From a virus: a DNA stretch of 64,000 nucleotides. The position numbers and the translations under genes were made by a program. Where the stretch lies: IMG/VR virus record IMGVR_UViG_3300045988_168232, positions 46,269 through 110,268 of that record. One strand, written 5' to 3'. The notes under the pieces are model-generated. The model was given only the letters and a program-made list of their open reading frames with translations, was not told the DNA's origin and did not search any database. This document shows positions 56,277-64,000 of the stretch, piece by piece. Numbering within the stretch: the first letter of the stretch is position 1; every line of letters begins with the position of its first letter.

Positions 56277-56795
56277 ATGAAGCATAAATTTCAATTTGAC
56301 AAAAAAACTGGAACTATGGTTCCAATGACAAGTACAGCTGTTGAAGAGATTAAGGTAAACGAACAAGATAGTGCACAGCAGTTCCAATCTGACATACAGG
56401 ATAAAAAGCCAATGTTTGCAGAGGGTAAAAGTATTGCAGTGAAGTCCGGTGCTATTAATACTCAACAAAATCAGATTGTGAAAATGCAACGAGTTGACAC
56501 TCCAACACCGATTCAATTGATAAATGAAAACGGAATCCCTGAAGCCTATCTTGATTCGGTTACTACAGGAGTGATGATGTTTCGTGAACTTCAAGATTAT
56601 GACATTTGTCAAATTACAGATGAAAAAACAGGTAAAGTCCTTGCGTACATAGGAGGTTATGCGCTTCAAATAAATTTTAATATGGCAGAATTGAATACTA
56701 TAGAGCGAATAGACCAGTGTTTACAAGGAATGGTGAAGCTGTTCAGACATAAAATAATGAATCAAGCCATTAATAATAAGTCTTCTGGTGATTGA
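56277..56795 (+). CDS. hypothetical protein
   Basis: A 172-aa ORF. Confidence 0.5.
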   Translation: MKHKFQFDKKTGTMVPMTSTAVEEIKVNEQDSAQQFQSDIQDKKPMFAEGKSIAVKSGAINTQQNQIVKMQRVDTPTPIQLINENGIPEAYLDSVTTGVMMFRELQDYDICQITDEKTGKVLAYIGGYALQINFNMAELNTIERIDQCLQGMVKLFRHKIMNQAINNKSSGD

Positions 56796-56820
56796 TTTTT
56801 GGACTTTGTTTGTGAGTATT

Positions 56821-56836
56821 CTATTATCTATAAAAG
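56821..56836 (+). promoter_or_regulatory. CTATTAT...TAAAAG motif
   Basis: CTATTATCTATAAAAG lies 44 nt upstream of ATG 56865. Confidence 0.4.
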
Positions 56837-56864
56837 ATATATTCTTGTTAAAATTATATTGGAA

Positions 56865-57395
56865 ATGAAAGATAATAAACTCACGGACTTGGAAGAAAAG
56901 TTCTGTTTAGTATTTTCCTGTGGGCCATCGCCATATAACGGAAATGCTAATAAAACGTATGACTTGGTTTTCAATGGTTCTACTGGTATGCTTAAAGACC
57001 CATTGAAGGACAGTTCAAAAAGGGATGTGGAAATAGCTCTTGCTGCAAGAAAATTGATGTTGCGTGATGATATAAGAGACCGCATTGACCAGATTCAAAG
57101 TGAAAGTGTGGTCAATGCGGCTACTCTTAGACCACGATTGACCGAAACATTATTGAAAATAGCTGATGAATGCTCTACTTTGATGTGTGCGGATAAGTTT
57201 GGAACCCCATTATCACCCGCCGCTTTGCGTTCTGTAGCTGTCAATGCTATCAGTAAATTGACTGATATGTATGGAATCAAGGAGGATATTGCACACAAGG
57301 TGATGCTTGAGGGCACCAATGGTGATGGCATTGTGTTTAATTTGGTCATGCCAGAATCAACCAAGGGGAATGAACTTGGTGAAGTGATTGAATAA
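56865..57395 (+). CDS. possible terminase small subunit
   Basis: I moved the start to ATG 56865 because a CTATTATCTATAAAAG motif at 56821 lies inside the longer ORF. The N-terminal LTDLEEKFCLVFSCGPSPYNGNANKTYDLVF loosely fits the small-terminase pattern LT.kq..F...y...g.na..Ay. Confidence 0.3.
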   Translation: MKDNKLTDLEEKFCLVFSCGPSPYNGNANKTYDLVFNGSTGMLKDPLKDSSKRDVEIALAARKLMLRDDIRDRIDQIQSESVVNAATLRPRLTETLLKIADECSTLMCADKFGTPLSPAALRSVAVNAISKLTDMYGIKEDIAHKVMLEGTNGDGIVFNLVMPESTKGNELGEVIE

Positions 57396-57413
57396 CAATA
57401 GTAATTATATAAG

Positions 57414-57686
57414 ATGTTTTTAATTATGAACTCATTAATGGTTGGTGATAAAATTACTATTCGATATTCAAAACAGCTTGATAAAAGTGGCAATAATATC
57501 TTGACTAATAAAACTGGCATTGTTACAAAACTGATGAAAATTGGTAAAAACATAATTGGCGTATACGCTGATGTGAAAGTTATGCGCCGTATGAGGAATT
57601 ATTATGTGCCAGTTTGCTCTATTGAAGGTCCTGATGAAATTGATAAGACGAGAACATTAAGCATTTTAAAATCAACAATATTGTAA
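57414..57686 (+). CDS. hypothetical protein
   Basis: A 90-aa ORF. Confidence 0.45.
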   Translation: MFLIMNSLMVGDKITIRYSKQLDKSGNNILTNKTGIVTKLMKIGKNIIGVYADVKVMRRMRNYYVPVCSIEGPDEIDKTRTLSILKSTIL

Positions 57687-57692
57687 GATAAA

Positions 57693-58307
57693 ATGGAAAT
57701 AGATTTGGCAAATGTAATAAGTGCGTGTGGTACGGTAGTTGCTGCTTATTTAGCTTACAATCAGTACACAAAGAATAAAATTACAGACTTGAAAGTGGAG
57801 TATTTTAAAAAAGAGGAAGAACGTAAGTCATACAAAAGAAGTGAGAACACAGCGAAGGTGTTTGGTGAGCTATGGAGAATTTTATATGAATTAAAAGCTG
57901 ATCGTGTGTATATCGTGCAGCCACATCCTCTTGGACATGTGGCATTTCTTTCAATTCAGTTTGAAGTGAAACGAAAAGGGGTATCCGGTATGCTGGACTC
58001 TATACAAACACTTCCAATGAGTGAAGTGGCAAATTTTTCCAAAGTCTTGGCTGAAAATTTGTTTTTGTTTTATACAGATATAGACAATGAAGTAAAAGAT
58101 AAAGTTGCAAAATCACTGCTATCTGTTAATGGATGTAAGGCTGTGGCCATTAAACGGTTGAATAGTTCTGCGGATTGGGTAGGAAACATTTTTTGTGAAT
58201 TTACTGACAGGCAATATCCGGATGAAGAAACTATTCATCATGTACTTCATGAAGCAGCTATTAATATACAGTACATTCTTCCTGAAGTAAGGGAACGCAA
58301 GATCTAA
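57693..58307 (+). CDS. hypothetical protein with N-terminal TM helix (lysis-module position)
   Basis: VISACGTVVAAYLAY is a hydrophobic N-terminal segment. The gene lies directly upstream of the endolysin. Confidence 0.4.
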   Translation: MEIDLANVISACGTVVAAYLAYNQYTKNKITDLKVEYFKKEEERKSYKRSENTAKVFGELWRILYELKADRVYIVQPHPLGHVAFLSIQFEVKRKGVSGMLDSIQTLPMSEVANFSKVLAENLFLFYTDIDNEVKDKVAKSLLSVNGCKAVAIKRLNSSADWVGNIFCEFTDRQYPDEETIHHVLHEAAINIQYILPEVRERKI

Positions 58308-58352
58308 TTAATATAAATAAATGAACACATTAATTTAAAAACAAATTATATT

Positions 58353-58973
58353 ATGAACACATTGAAAAAAGGTAGTCGTGGAAATGATGTCAAAACACTG
58401 CAAAAAGCATTGAATTTGATTGTTGATGGCATTTTTGGTAATTTGACTGACGAGGCTGTTAGAGAGTTTCAAAAATCTAATGGTCTGAAAGTTGATGGAA
58501 TTGTCGGTAATAACACTTGGGCAAAACTTGGCATCAAAGATAATGCAGAAATAAAAAAGAGTATTCGTAATATTAAAGAAATAATCATACATTGCTCTGA
58601 TACCCCAGAAGGTAAGGATTTCACTGTTGATGATATCCGTAAGTGGCATTTAGCTCGAAATTTTAGTGATATAGGTTATCATTATGTAATTTATAGGGAT
58701 GGCTCTGTTCATGAAGGGAGAGATGTCAATATCTCAGGTGCCCATTGCACGAATCATAATTCTATTAGTATTGGCATTTGTTATATTGGTGGTCGTGCTG
58801 CGGTAGGAACCACACCGAAGGATACCCGTACTGAAGCACAGAAGAAATCGCTTATTGATTTGCTGAAGAAATTGAAAAAACTCTACCCTAATGCCACAAT
58901 TCATGGTCATTGTGAATTTGCTGTAAAAGCTTGTCCGAGTTTTGATGCTAAACGAGAATATGCTAATATTTAA
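58353..58973 (+). CDS. endolysin: peptidoglycan-binding domain + N-acetylmuramoyl-L-alanine amidase (Amidase_2)
   Basis: The PG_binding_1-like segment is GSRGNDVKTLQKALNLIVDGIFGNLTDEAVREFQKSNGLKVDGIVGNNTW. Amidase motifs are IIIHCSDT, GYHYVIYRDG, HCTNHNSISIGICYIGG and HCEF..KACPSF. Confidence 0.85.
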   Translation: MNTLKKGSRGNDVKTLQKALNLIVDGIFGNLTDEAVREFQKSNGLKVDGIVGNNTWAKLGIKDNAEIKKSIRNIKEIIIHCSDTPEGKDFTVDDIRKWHLARNFSDIGYHYVIYRDGSVHEGRDVNISGAHCTNHNSISIGICYIGGRAAVGTTPKDTRTEAQKKSLIDLLKKLKKLYPNATIHGHCEFAVKACPSFDAKREYANI

Positions 58974-58982
58974 AAGGTAATT

Positions 58983-59579
58983 ATGTTGAAGATATTGCTT
59001 AAAAAGTTTTGGCCATATATCGTTATTGGTATATTGAGTATGGCACTGTGGGGGAGTCTGCATAGGTCTGTTACATGGCACAAACAGGCAGATATGCTTG
59101 AAACTACTATCAGTAATTTGAATCAGCAAATCAAGTTTACTGAAATACGATTGAATGATTCGATAAAGGTATATCAAGCGGAAGTAAAAAGTCTGAATGT
59201 CACACAAGATAATTTGAAGGCAAAATATGACAAATTACTTAATGCCTCGAAGTTAAAACCTAAAGATGTCAGTAAAGTTACTGAAGTTGAATCAATAATA
59301 CATGATATTGATACAGTGCCGGCTGTTGTGGATTCATTTGGAGGTATCAATGCGAAACTTGAAGATAGGTTTGTGAAGATAGATGTTGAAGTATTGCCGA
59401 ACAAAAACACTATTATAGATTATGAAATACGTGATAGCCTGACAATAGTTAATGTGCAGAAGAGGCGATCTATACTTTGGGGGCTGATCAAGTGGAAGAG
59501 GCCAAAGGGTATTCGTGTGATTAATCATAATCCCAAAGCCACAATCGTTAGTTTACAAACAATAGATGTTATCGAATAA
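58983..59579 (+). CDS. membrane-anchored coiled-coil protein (spanin-like, tentative)
   Basis: An N-terminal TM segment (FWPYIVIGILSMALWGSL) is followed by a coiled coil. It lies directly after the endolysin. Confidence 0.35.
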   Translation: MLKILLKKFWPYIVIGILSMALWGSLHRSVTWHKQADMLETTISNLNQQIKFTEIRLNDSIKVYQAEVKSLNVTQDNLKAKYDKLLNASKLKPKDVSKVTEVESIIHDIDTVPAVVDSFGGINAKLEDRFVKIDVEVLPNKNTIIDYEIRDSLTIVNVQKRRSILWGLIKWKRPKGIRVINHNPKATIVSLQTIDVIE

Positions 59580-59712
59580 TGGGAAAGAAATTCATAAAGC
59601 CAATAACACCTGAAAAGCTAAAACAGCTTGGTAAAGGTTCTACGGATAACTTGAAAAAGGTAAAAGGATTGTAGGAAAACTTTTTGTTCATAATCGTAAA
59701 GATGTTGAAATG

Positions 59713-59748
59713 ATGCCGTTCTGCTGTGAAGTAGGGCGGCATTTTTGT
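59713..59748 (+). terminator. terminator-like hairpin
   Basis: ATGCCG (59713-59718) pairs with CGGCAT (59737-59742), followed by TTTTTG. Confidence 0.45.
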
Positions 59749-59879
59749 TTCACTTTTGAGAGGTTTTGATTATTTAATACTGCTGTTTTTGTATTCGCAA
59801 ATCAATTTGTTATCAGTGCATTTATTATATAAATCAACAGGAGGATATGCTGGAGGGCGAATGTTTTTATCTGTAAGAA

Positions 59880-59894
59880 CTATTATTATAAAAG
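59880..59894 (+). promoter_or_regulatory. CTATTAT...TAAAAG motif upstream of the large terminase
   Basis: CTATTATTATAAAAG lies 56 nt upstream of ATG 59936. Confidence 0.4.
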
Positions 59895-59935
59895 ACCAAA
59901 TTGATGAGAAGCAGTGTTATATAAATCAATGATAT

Positions 59936-62620
59936 ATGGCACGGTTAGAAAAACCAAGAGGGTTAAATATTACCTTTAAACCCTCTGAAAGGCAGTACGA
60001 ATTATGGAATGCGTTACAGCCTAACCATTGCGACGAATGCGGTGGAAAACTCATTATGAAGCCTAATGGATTTGATAAGAATGGACATCAAATCTATCAA
60101 GCTACATGTGATAAATGTGGTAATACAGATATTCCCGAACAAGTGCTTGGGGGCGGAAGCGCAGGTGGTGGAAAGCAAATGTCTTTAGATTCAAATATAT
60201 GTACACCATTTGGTTTTAGAAAAGTACGGGATTTGAAAATTGGGGATATTATTACAGACCCAAATACTGGAGGACAACAAAGGATAATCTGGCTGCATCC
60301 TATTTGTGAATGTCAATATTATAGAGTATATTTTGTTGATGGAACCTACTCTGAATGTTCTGAAGATCATTTGTGGCAATTGCACGTCTCTCGTAAAAAA
60401 ACAAAGAAAAAGGATGAAAATGGCAATGCAATGAATGAGAGGGTATGGACTACAAAAATGATAGCAGAGTGGATGCAGGAGAAAGAAAATGGAATTAACA
60501 AAGGAGTAAATTTGATTATCCCATTAACTGCTCCGGTTCAGTTTACTATGGCTGGAAGATACGATTATGATAAAATCATTGACCCATATTTCATTGGATG
60601 TCTTATTGGTAATGGTTGTTTCACTCGAAATATGGTGGATAATGGCTCTGTTGAACTTACAACTATGGATGTTGAAATGGTTGAAAGAATAGCTGAAGCA
60701 GGCTTTTCTTATACTTCCATACATCAAAAAACAGGTAATAAAGCAAAGAATTATCTTTATCGTAACAATCGTCTAATTGAGCATCTTAATAGAATTGGTC
60801 TTGCCGGTCATTCGGCAGCAGACAAGTTTATTCCTGACGTATATAAGTATTCGACAATAGAAAACAGAAAACTGCTTATGCAAGGTCTAATGGATACTGA
60901 TGGGTATGTAGATGATCGTGGGCACATGAGTTACACTTCTATTAGCAAACAATTGGCTGAAGATGTGGCTTGGGTTGTCAGAAGTCTTGGTGGGAAAGCT
61001 ACAATTACTTCCAAAATACCGACTTATACTTACAAAGGAGAAAAGAAAGAGGGGCAGAGAGCTTACACTGTTTATCTTATGACCAAATTTGATACTGAAC
61101 TTGTCTATATTCCAAGAAAAAAGGAAAGAGCAAGAAATGGCTTTAATGGAGGAAATTCTGAACTTGGGAAGAGAATTATTGGGTGTGAGAAGATTGGCAT
61201 GGTGGAAGGACGTTGTATTACTGTCGATAATCCCAATGGGCTCTATGTCGCAGATAATTTTACCGTTACCCACAACTCTTACATTGGTTGTTGTTGGCTA
61301 ACCCTCAGTTGTATGCAATTTGAAGGAATCCGTATGGTTGTTGCCCGTAAAGTTCGTAAAACACTTTTGGAAACAACGTGGAATACTTTAAAGGATGTGT
61401 TAAGGGCTTGGGGGCTAAAGCAAGATGTACATTATCATATCAATAACTTATTATATACAATTACATTTTGGAACGGTTCTGAAATCATTGCAATGGACTT
61501 GACACCCAGTCCTGGCGACCCGGATTTTAACTCTTTAGGTTCACTTGAAATTACAGGTGGTTTTATTGATGAGGTATCTGAGGTGTCGGAAAAGGCTGTT
61601 GAAGTGTTGGCTTCTCGTATTCGTTATAAAATAGCAGAAACCTTTGTTGTAGGAAAATTATTCATGTCAACAAATCCTTGTTTGACATGGGTAAGGTCAA
61701 CTTTCGTAATGGATGATGACGGAAATCCCGTAACATTGTCTAAAGGTTATCGCTATATTCCTTTCAGCTTGTTTGACAACCCCAACGAGCAGTTTCGGGC
61801 AATTTACTATAACAAATTGAGCAAGCTTCGTAATAAAGCGGACAGAGACCGTTTGTTATACGGTAACTGGTTATTCACTACCAGCAATAAAATGGCTGCC
61901 TATTGGAATTTCGATGGCGACAAGCACCTTGTTCACAATCTTAGGGAACAGGTTTATGACCCGATGAAACCACTTATATTAAGTTTTGACTTTAATGTCA
62001 ATCCATATATGAGCTGTTTACCTATGCAGATAGATTACGATAATAAGAAAATCTATATTTTCCCGGAGTATGTAGGTTATCCGAAGGACAAGAGAAACAA
62101 TACACCGACGTTCACAAAATGGATAGCTGCCCAGCTTGTTGCTGACGGTCATATTGGTGGCGTGCTTATGACCGGCGACCCGGCAGGATTGGCCCGTTCG
62201 ACACAGACGGAAGATGGCGTGAACAATTTTACCATAGCTAATAAGAACATGACAAACGCTGTCCTTAAACCTAAGATACAGCTTTTGAGCAAGCAACCTG
62301 CTATGGTAACAAGATTGGAGTTCGCCAATGAATTATTGAATGGATATAATGGATGGACGATAGCTATTGACGCTCGATGCCACAGGTTGGTTGAAGATTT
62401 TGTCTATCAAAAGAAGAATCCTGATGGGACCAAAGAGAAAAAGAAAATATTGAATGAAAGTGGGGAAAGGGTAGAGCGTTATGGTCATTTTTCTGATTGT
62501 TTCGATTATGCTGTGATATATTATCTTGGGAACGAATATTCAAATTATCGTACAGCGACAGTTGATATAGTAACCACGATTGATATGGGTGAGACTGTTT
62601 ATGGAGATTTTGACTATTAA
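59936..62620 (+). CDS. terminase large subunit, interrupted by an intein; N-terminal Zn-ribbon
   Basis: The P-loop GGGSAGGGK is followed by the intein. The sequence then resumes SYIGCCWL...ARKVRKT, with Walker B GGFIDEVSEV. The nuclease half contains LILSFDFNVNP and LMTGDPAGLARS. The N-terminus carries CDECGG...CDKCGN. Confidence 0.85.
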   Translation: MARLEKPRGLNITFKPSERQYELWNALQPNHCDECGGKLIMKPNGFDKNGHQIYQATCDKCGNTDIPEQVLGGGSAGGGKQMSLDSNICTPFGFRKVRDLKIGDIITDPNTGGQQRIIWLHPICECQYYRVYFVDGTYSECSEDHLWQLHVSRKKTKKKDENGNAMNERVWTTKMIAEWMQEKENGINKGVNLIIPLTAPVQFTMAGRYDYDKIIDPYFIGCLIGNGCFTRNMVDNGSVELTTMDVEMVERIAEAGFSYTSIHQKTGNKAKNYLYRNNRLIEHLNRIGLAGHSAADKFIPDVYKYSTIENRKLLMQGLMDTDGYVDDRGHMSYTSISKQLAEDVAWVVRSLGGKATITSKIPTYTYKGEKKEGQRAYTVYLMTKFDTELVYIPRKKERARNGFNGGNSELGKRIIGCEKIGMVEGRCITVDNPNGLYVADNFTVTHNSYIGCCWLTLSCMQFEGIRMVVARKVRKTLLETTWNTLKDVLRAWGLKQDVHYHINNLLYTITFWNGSEIIAMDLTPSPGDPDFNSLGSLEITGGFIDEVSEVSEKAVEVLASRIRYKIAETFVVGKLFMSTNPCLTWVRSTFVMDDDGNPVTLSKGYRYIPFSLFDNPNEQFRAIYYNKLSKLRNKADRDRLLYGNWLFTTSNKMAAYWNFDGDKHLVHNLREQVYDPMKPLILSFDFNVNPYMSCLPMQIDYDNKKIYIFPEYVGYPKDKRNNTPTFTKWIAAQLVADGHIGGVLMTGDPAGLARSTQTEDGVNNFTIANKNMTNAVLKPKIQLLSKQPAMVTRLEFANELLNGYNGWTIAIDARCHRLVEDFVYQKKNPDGTKEKKKILNESGERVERYGHFSDCFDYAVIYYLGNEYSNYRTATVDIVTTIDMGETVYGDFDY
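60182..61276 (+). mobile_element. intein with LAGLIDADG homing-endonuclease domain inside the terminase ATPase P-loop
   Basis: 365 aa. Block A is SLDSNICTPFGFRKVRDLKIGDII. The two dodecapeptide motifs are YFIGCLIGNGCF and LLMQGLMDTDGYVD. It ends FTVTHN followed by Ser (61277). The N-terminal boundary is uncertain by a few residues. Confidence 0.8.
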
Positions 62621-62638
62621 TAATAAATTAAGAATACA

Positions 62639-63715
62639 ATGGCATATTTACGTTTCCTGACAGATAAAGATTATTGCTCTATCGCTACGGAAGAGCACAT
62701 GAAGCAAATTATTAGGGATATCCCTGAACGAATACCACAAGCCGAACAAAGAGCTGAGATGCAAATGTTGGAATATCTTGACCAATATTATGAAATAGAA
62801 AAAGTGTTGGCAGTAGGTAAAAACATCCGTGAATATAATATTTTTGTGTCTTATCCAGGACAAGTATGGATTAAGAAGGATGGATATATATTCAAAACAC
62901 TGACTTGCATCAATGGTTTGAAGAGGCCGACCAAAATTGTATATTGGAAACAAATAGTCGAATTTATTGATCCGCTTCTTATTGATAAAGCAAAAAAGTA
63001 TTCTCAGCTACGTACCTATTCAAAAGGAGAGGTTGTAAAATTTGGAACCGAATATTGGCAGTGTGTGACACCTCATGGATATGAGGCCGGAGATATTCAT
63101 ATACCTGGCGCTATAGTTTGGAAAGAAGCTGAAATTATAGCATGGGAGCCGAATCTTGAATGGAGGAAAAATATGGTCTGCTCTTTTAATGAGAAATTTT
63201 ATCAATATCTTGAAGAAAAAATGGAAGATGGTTCTGAAGAAAGTTCTGACGAGTTTTCAGATTCGGAATTGGTATTGACGCCGGAAGAAGATGATAAATG
63301 GGGACTGATAGGGGATTATTCAGAAGAGCTTGAATATGTGTATGTAGAAGATTCGCATGATTATGTTGTCGCTGAAGAAACTGTATTTTATCCTGTAATG
63401 AATCCAAATCCTGACGAGTTGATAGAGGGTAAGAACATAATAAGGGATGATCCGAGAAACATCAATATAGTGGCTCATATGAGCCGGATAGCACTATACC
63501 ATCTACATTCTATCATATCTCCAACAAATATATCAGAAACTCGTAGGTGGGCGTATGAAGATTCGATTACATGGCTGTATAATGCTTCCAAGTTTAAAAT
63601 TAATCCGCAACTTCCAAGAAAACGGGAACATGATTCTAATTTGCCGAAAGTGGACTGGGCCTTAGCTACGTTTCAAAAGGATTTTGACCCAAATGAAAAT
63701 GCTTGGTTGATATAA
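62639..63715 (+). CDS. hypothetical protein
   Basis: A 358-aa ORF after the terminase with an acidic central stretch. Confidence 0.5.
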   Translation: MAYLRFLTDKDYCSIATEEHMKQIIRDIPERIPQAEQRAEMQMLEYLDQYYEIEKVLAVGKNIREYNIFVSYPGQVWIKKDGYIFKTLTCINGLKRPTKIVYWKQIVEFIDPLLIDKAKKYSQLRTYSKGEVVKFGTEYWQCVTPHGYEAGDIHIPGAIVWKEAEIIAWEPNLEWRKNMVCSFNEKFYQYLEEKMEDGSEESSDEFSDSELVLTPEEDDKWGLIGDYSEELEYVYVEDSHDYVVAEETVFYPVMNPNPDELIEGKNIIRDDPRNINIVAHMSRIALYHLHSIISPTNISETRRWAYEDSITWLYNASKFKINPQLPRKREHDSNLPKVDWALATFQKDFDPNENAWLI

Positions 63716-63745
63716 ATATGATATATTTTTCTCTTTTTTCTGTTA

Positions 63746-63790
63746 AAATATGGCAGTAACCCTTATTGGGACGCTGCCATATTTATTTTT
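63746..63790 (+). terminator. rho-independent terminator
   Basis: AAATATGGCAG (63746-63756) pairs with CTGCCATATTT (63774-63784), followed by a T-rich run. Confidence 0.7.
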
Positions 63791-64000
63791 TATTTTATCG
63801 AAAAATAATATTAAAATGTAAATTTGATAAAGATAATCGTGTTTAAAATTCAAATTTTATATGTACATTTGCGGATGAAAACGCAATGTTTTATTACAAA
63901 TTGTGCATTGAATGTAATGAATTTATAGTTTTAAAACTGTGCAATTAACTGATTTTTAAAGAAATATACATATAGGGTGAGTGTGTCCCGTACGCACCGC

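Noticed and set aside
58318-58365. An 11-nt direct repeat ATGAACACATT at 58321 and 58353, the second copy being the endolysin start.
   Set aside because: The first copy opens only a 5-codon ORF (MNTLI-stop). It is probably a small duplication of the start region with no evident function.
63864-63871. TACATTTG, a TAnnTTTG -7-type box, in the AT-rich tail of the window.
   Set aside because: It is a single 8-mer match with no -33 element and no downstream gene inside the window, so it cannot be supported as a promoter from this sequence alone.
1-64000. A search by eye for CRISPR arrays, tRNA/tmRNA genes, an integrase or repressor, and a transposase (given the Mu-like head genes).
   Set aside because: No regularly spaced direct repeats, cloverleaf-compatible segments, or recombinase or transposase motifs were found. 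Mu-like head genes alone do not imply transposition or lysogeny. tRNAscan and HMM searches would still be needed to be sure.

Overview
The window is a continuous ~64 kb stretch of an AT-rich tailed dsDNA phage genome. I saw no rRNA, tRNA, CRISPR array or integrase by eye.

Layout:
- 1-31.6 kb (+ strand): a Mu-like head module (portal cut by the window edge, Mu-F-like protein, ClpP-type prohead protease/scaffold, capsid). It is followed by a contractile-tail-like module: sheath-like protein, tube, chaperone, a second sheath-like paralogue, a 2078-aa tape measure, baseplate/spike genes and a repeat-rich fibre.
- 25.7-28.8 kb: this structural block is interrupted by a complete diversity-generating retroelement (DGR). 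It has a target gene with a C-terminal VR, Avd, TR and reverse transcriptase. TR and VR differ at 12 positions, all of them TR adenines.
- 31.6-39.0 kb: an accessory island. It holds a proteasome-beta/HslV-like Thr-protease homologue behind a host-type TAnnTTTG promoter. A minus-strand block carries tandem small Zn-finger paralogues (one with an in-frame TGA), a membrane protein, a candidate structured RNA and anaerobic RNR genes nrdD-nrdG.
- 39.0-40.2 kb: a 1.2-kb ORF-free control region.
- 40.2-56.8 kb (+): the replication/recombination module. It encodes a gp32-like SSB, an SbcCD-like nuclease, a RuvC-like resolvase, a sigma-70-family factor, a DnaB-like helicase, a primase, a GK-like kinase and a DnaQ-like exonuclease. 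The DnaE-type polymerase is split into two overlapping ORFs at a degenerate split-intein-like junction and also carries an HNH intein.
- 56.8-63.7 kb: a possible small terminase, lysis genes and a large terminase interrupted by a LAGLIDADG intein.

A recurrent CTATTAT...TAAA motif sits just upstream of many structural genes, often right after a terminator hairpin. It may be the promoter class read by the phage sigma factor.

The host is probably a Bacteroidota member. This is inference from AT richness, absence of Shine-Dalgarno sequences, TAnnTTTG -7 boxes and a DUF1566-type DGR target.

All family assignments rest on motifs read by eye and on gene order. No database search was possible.
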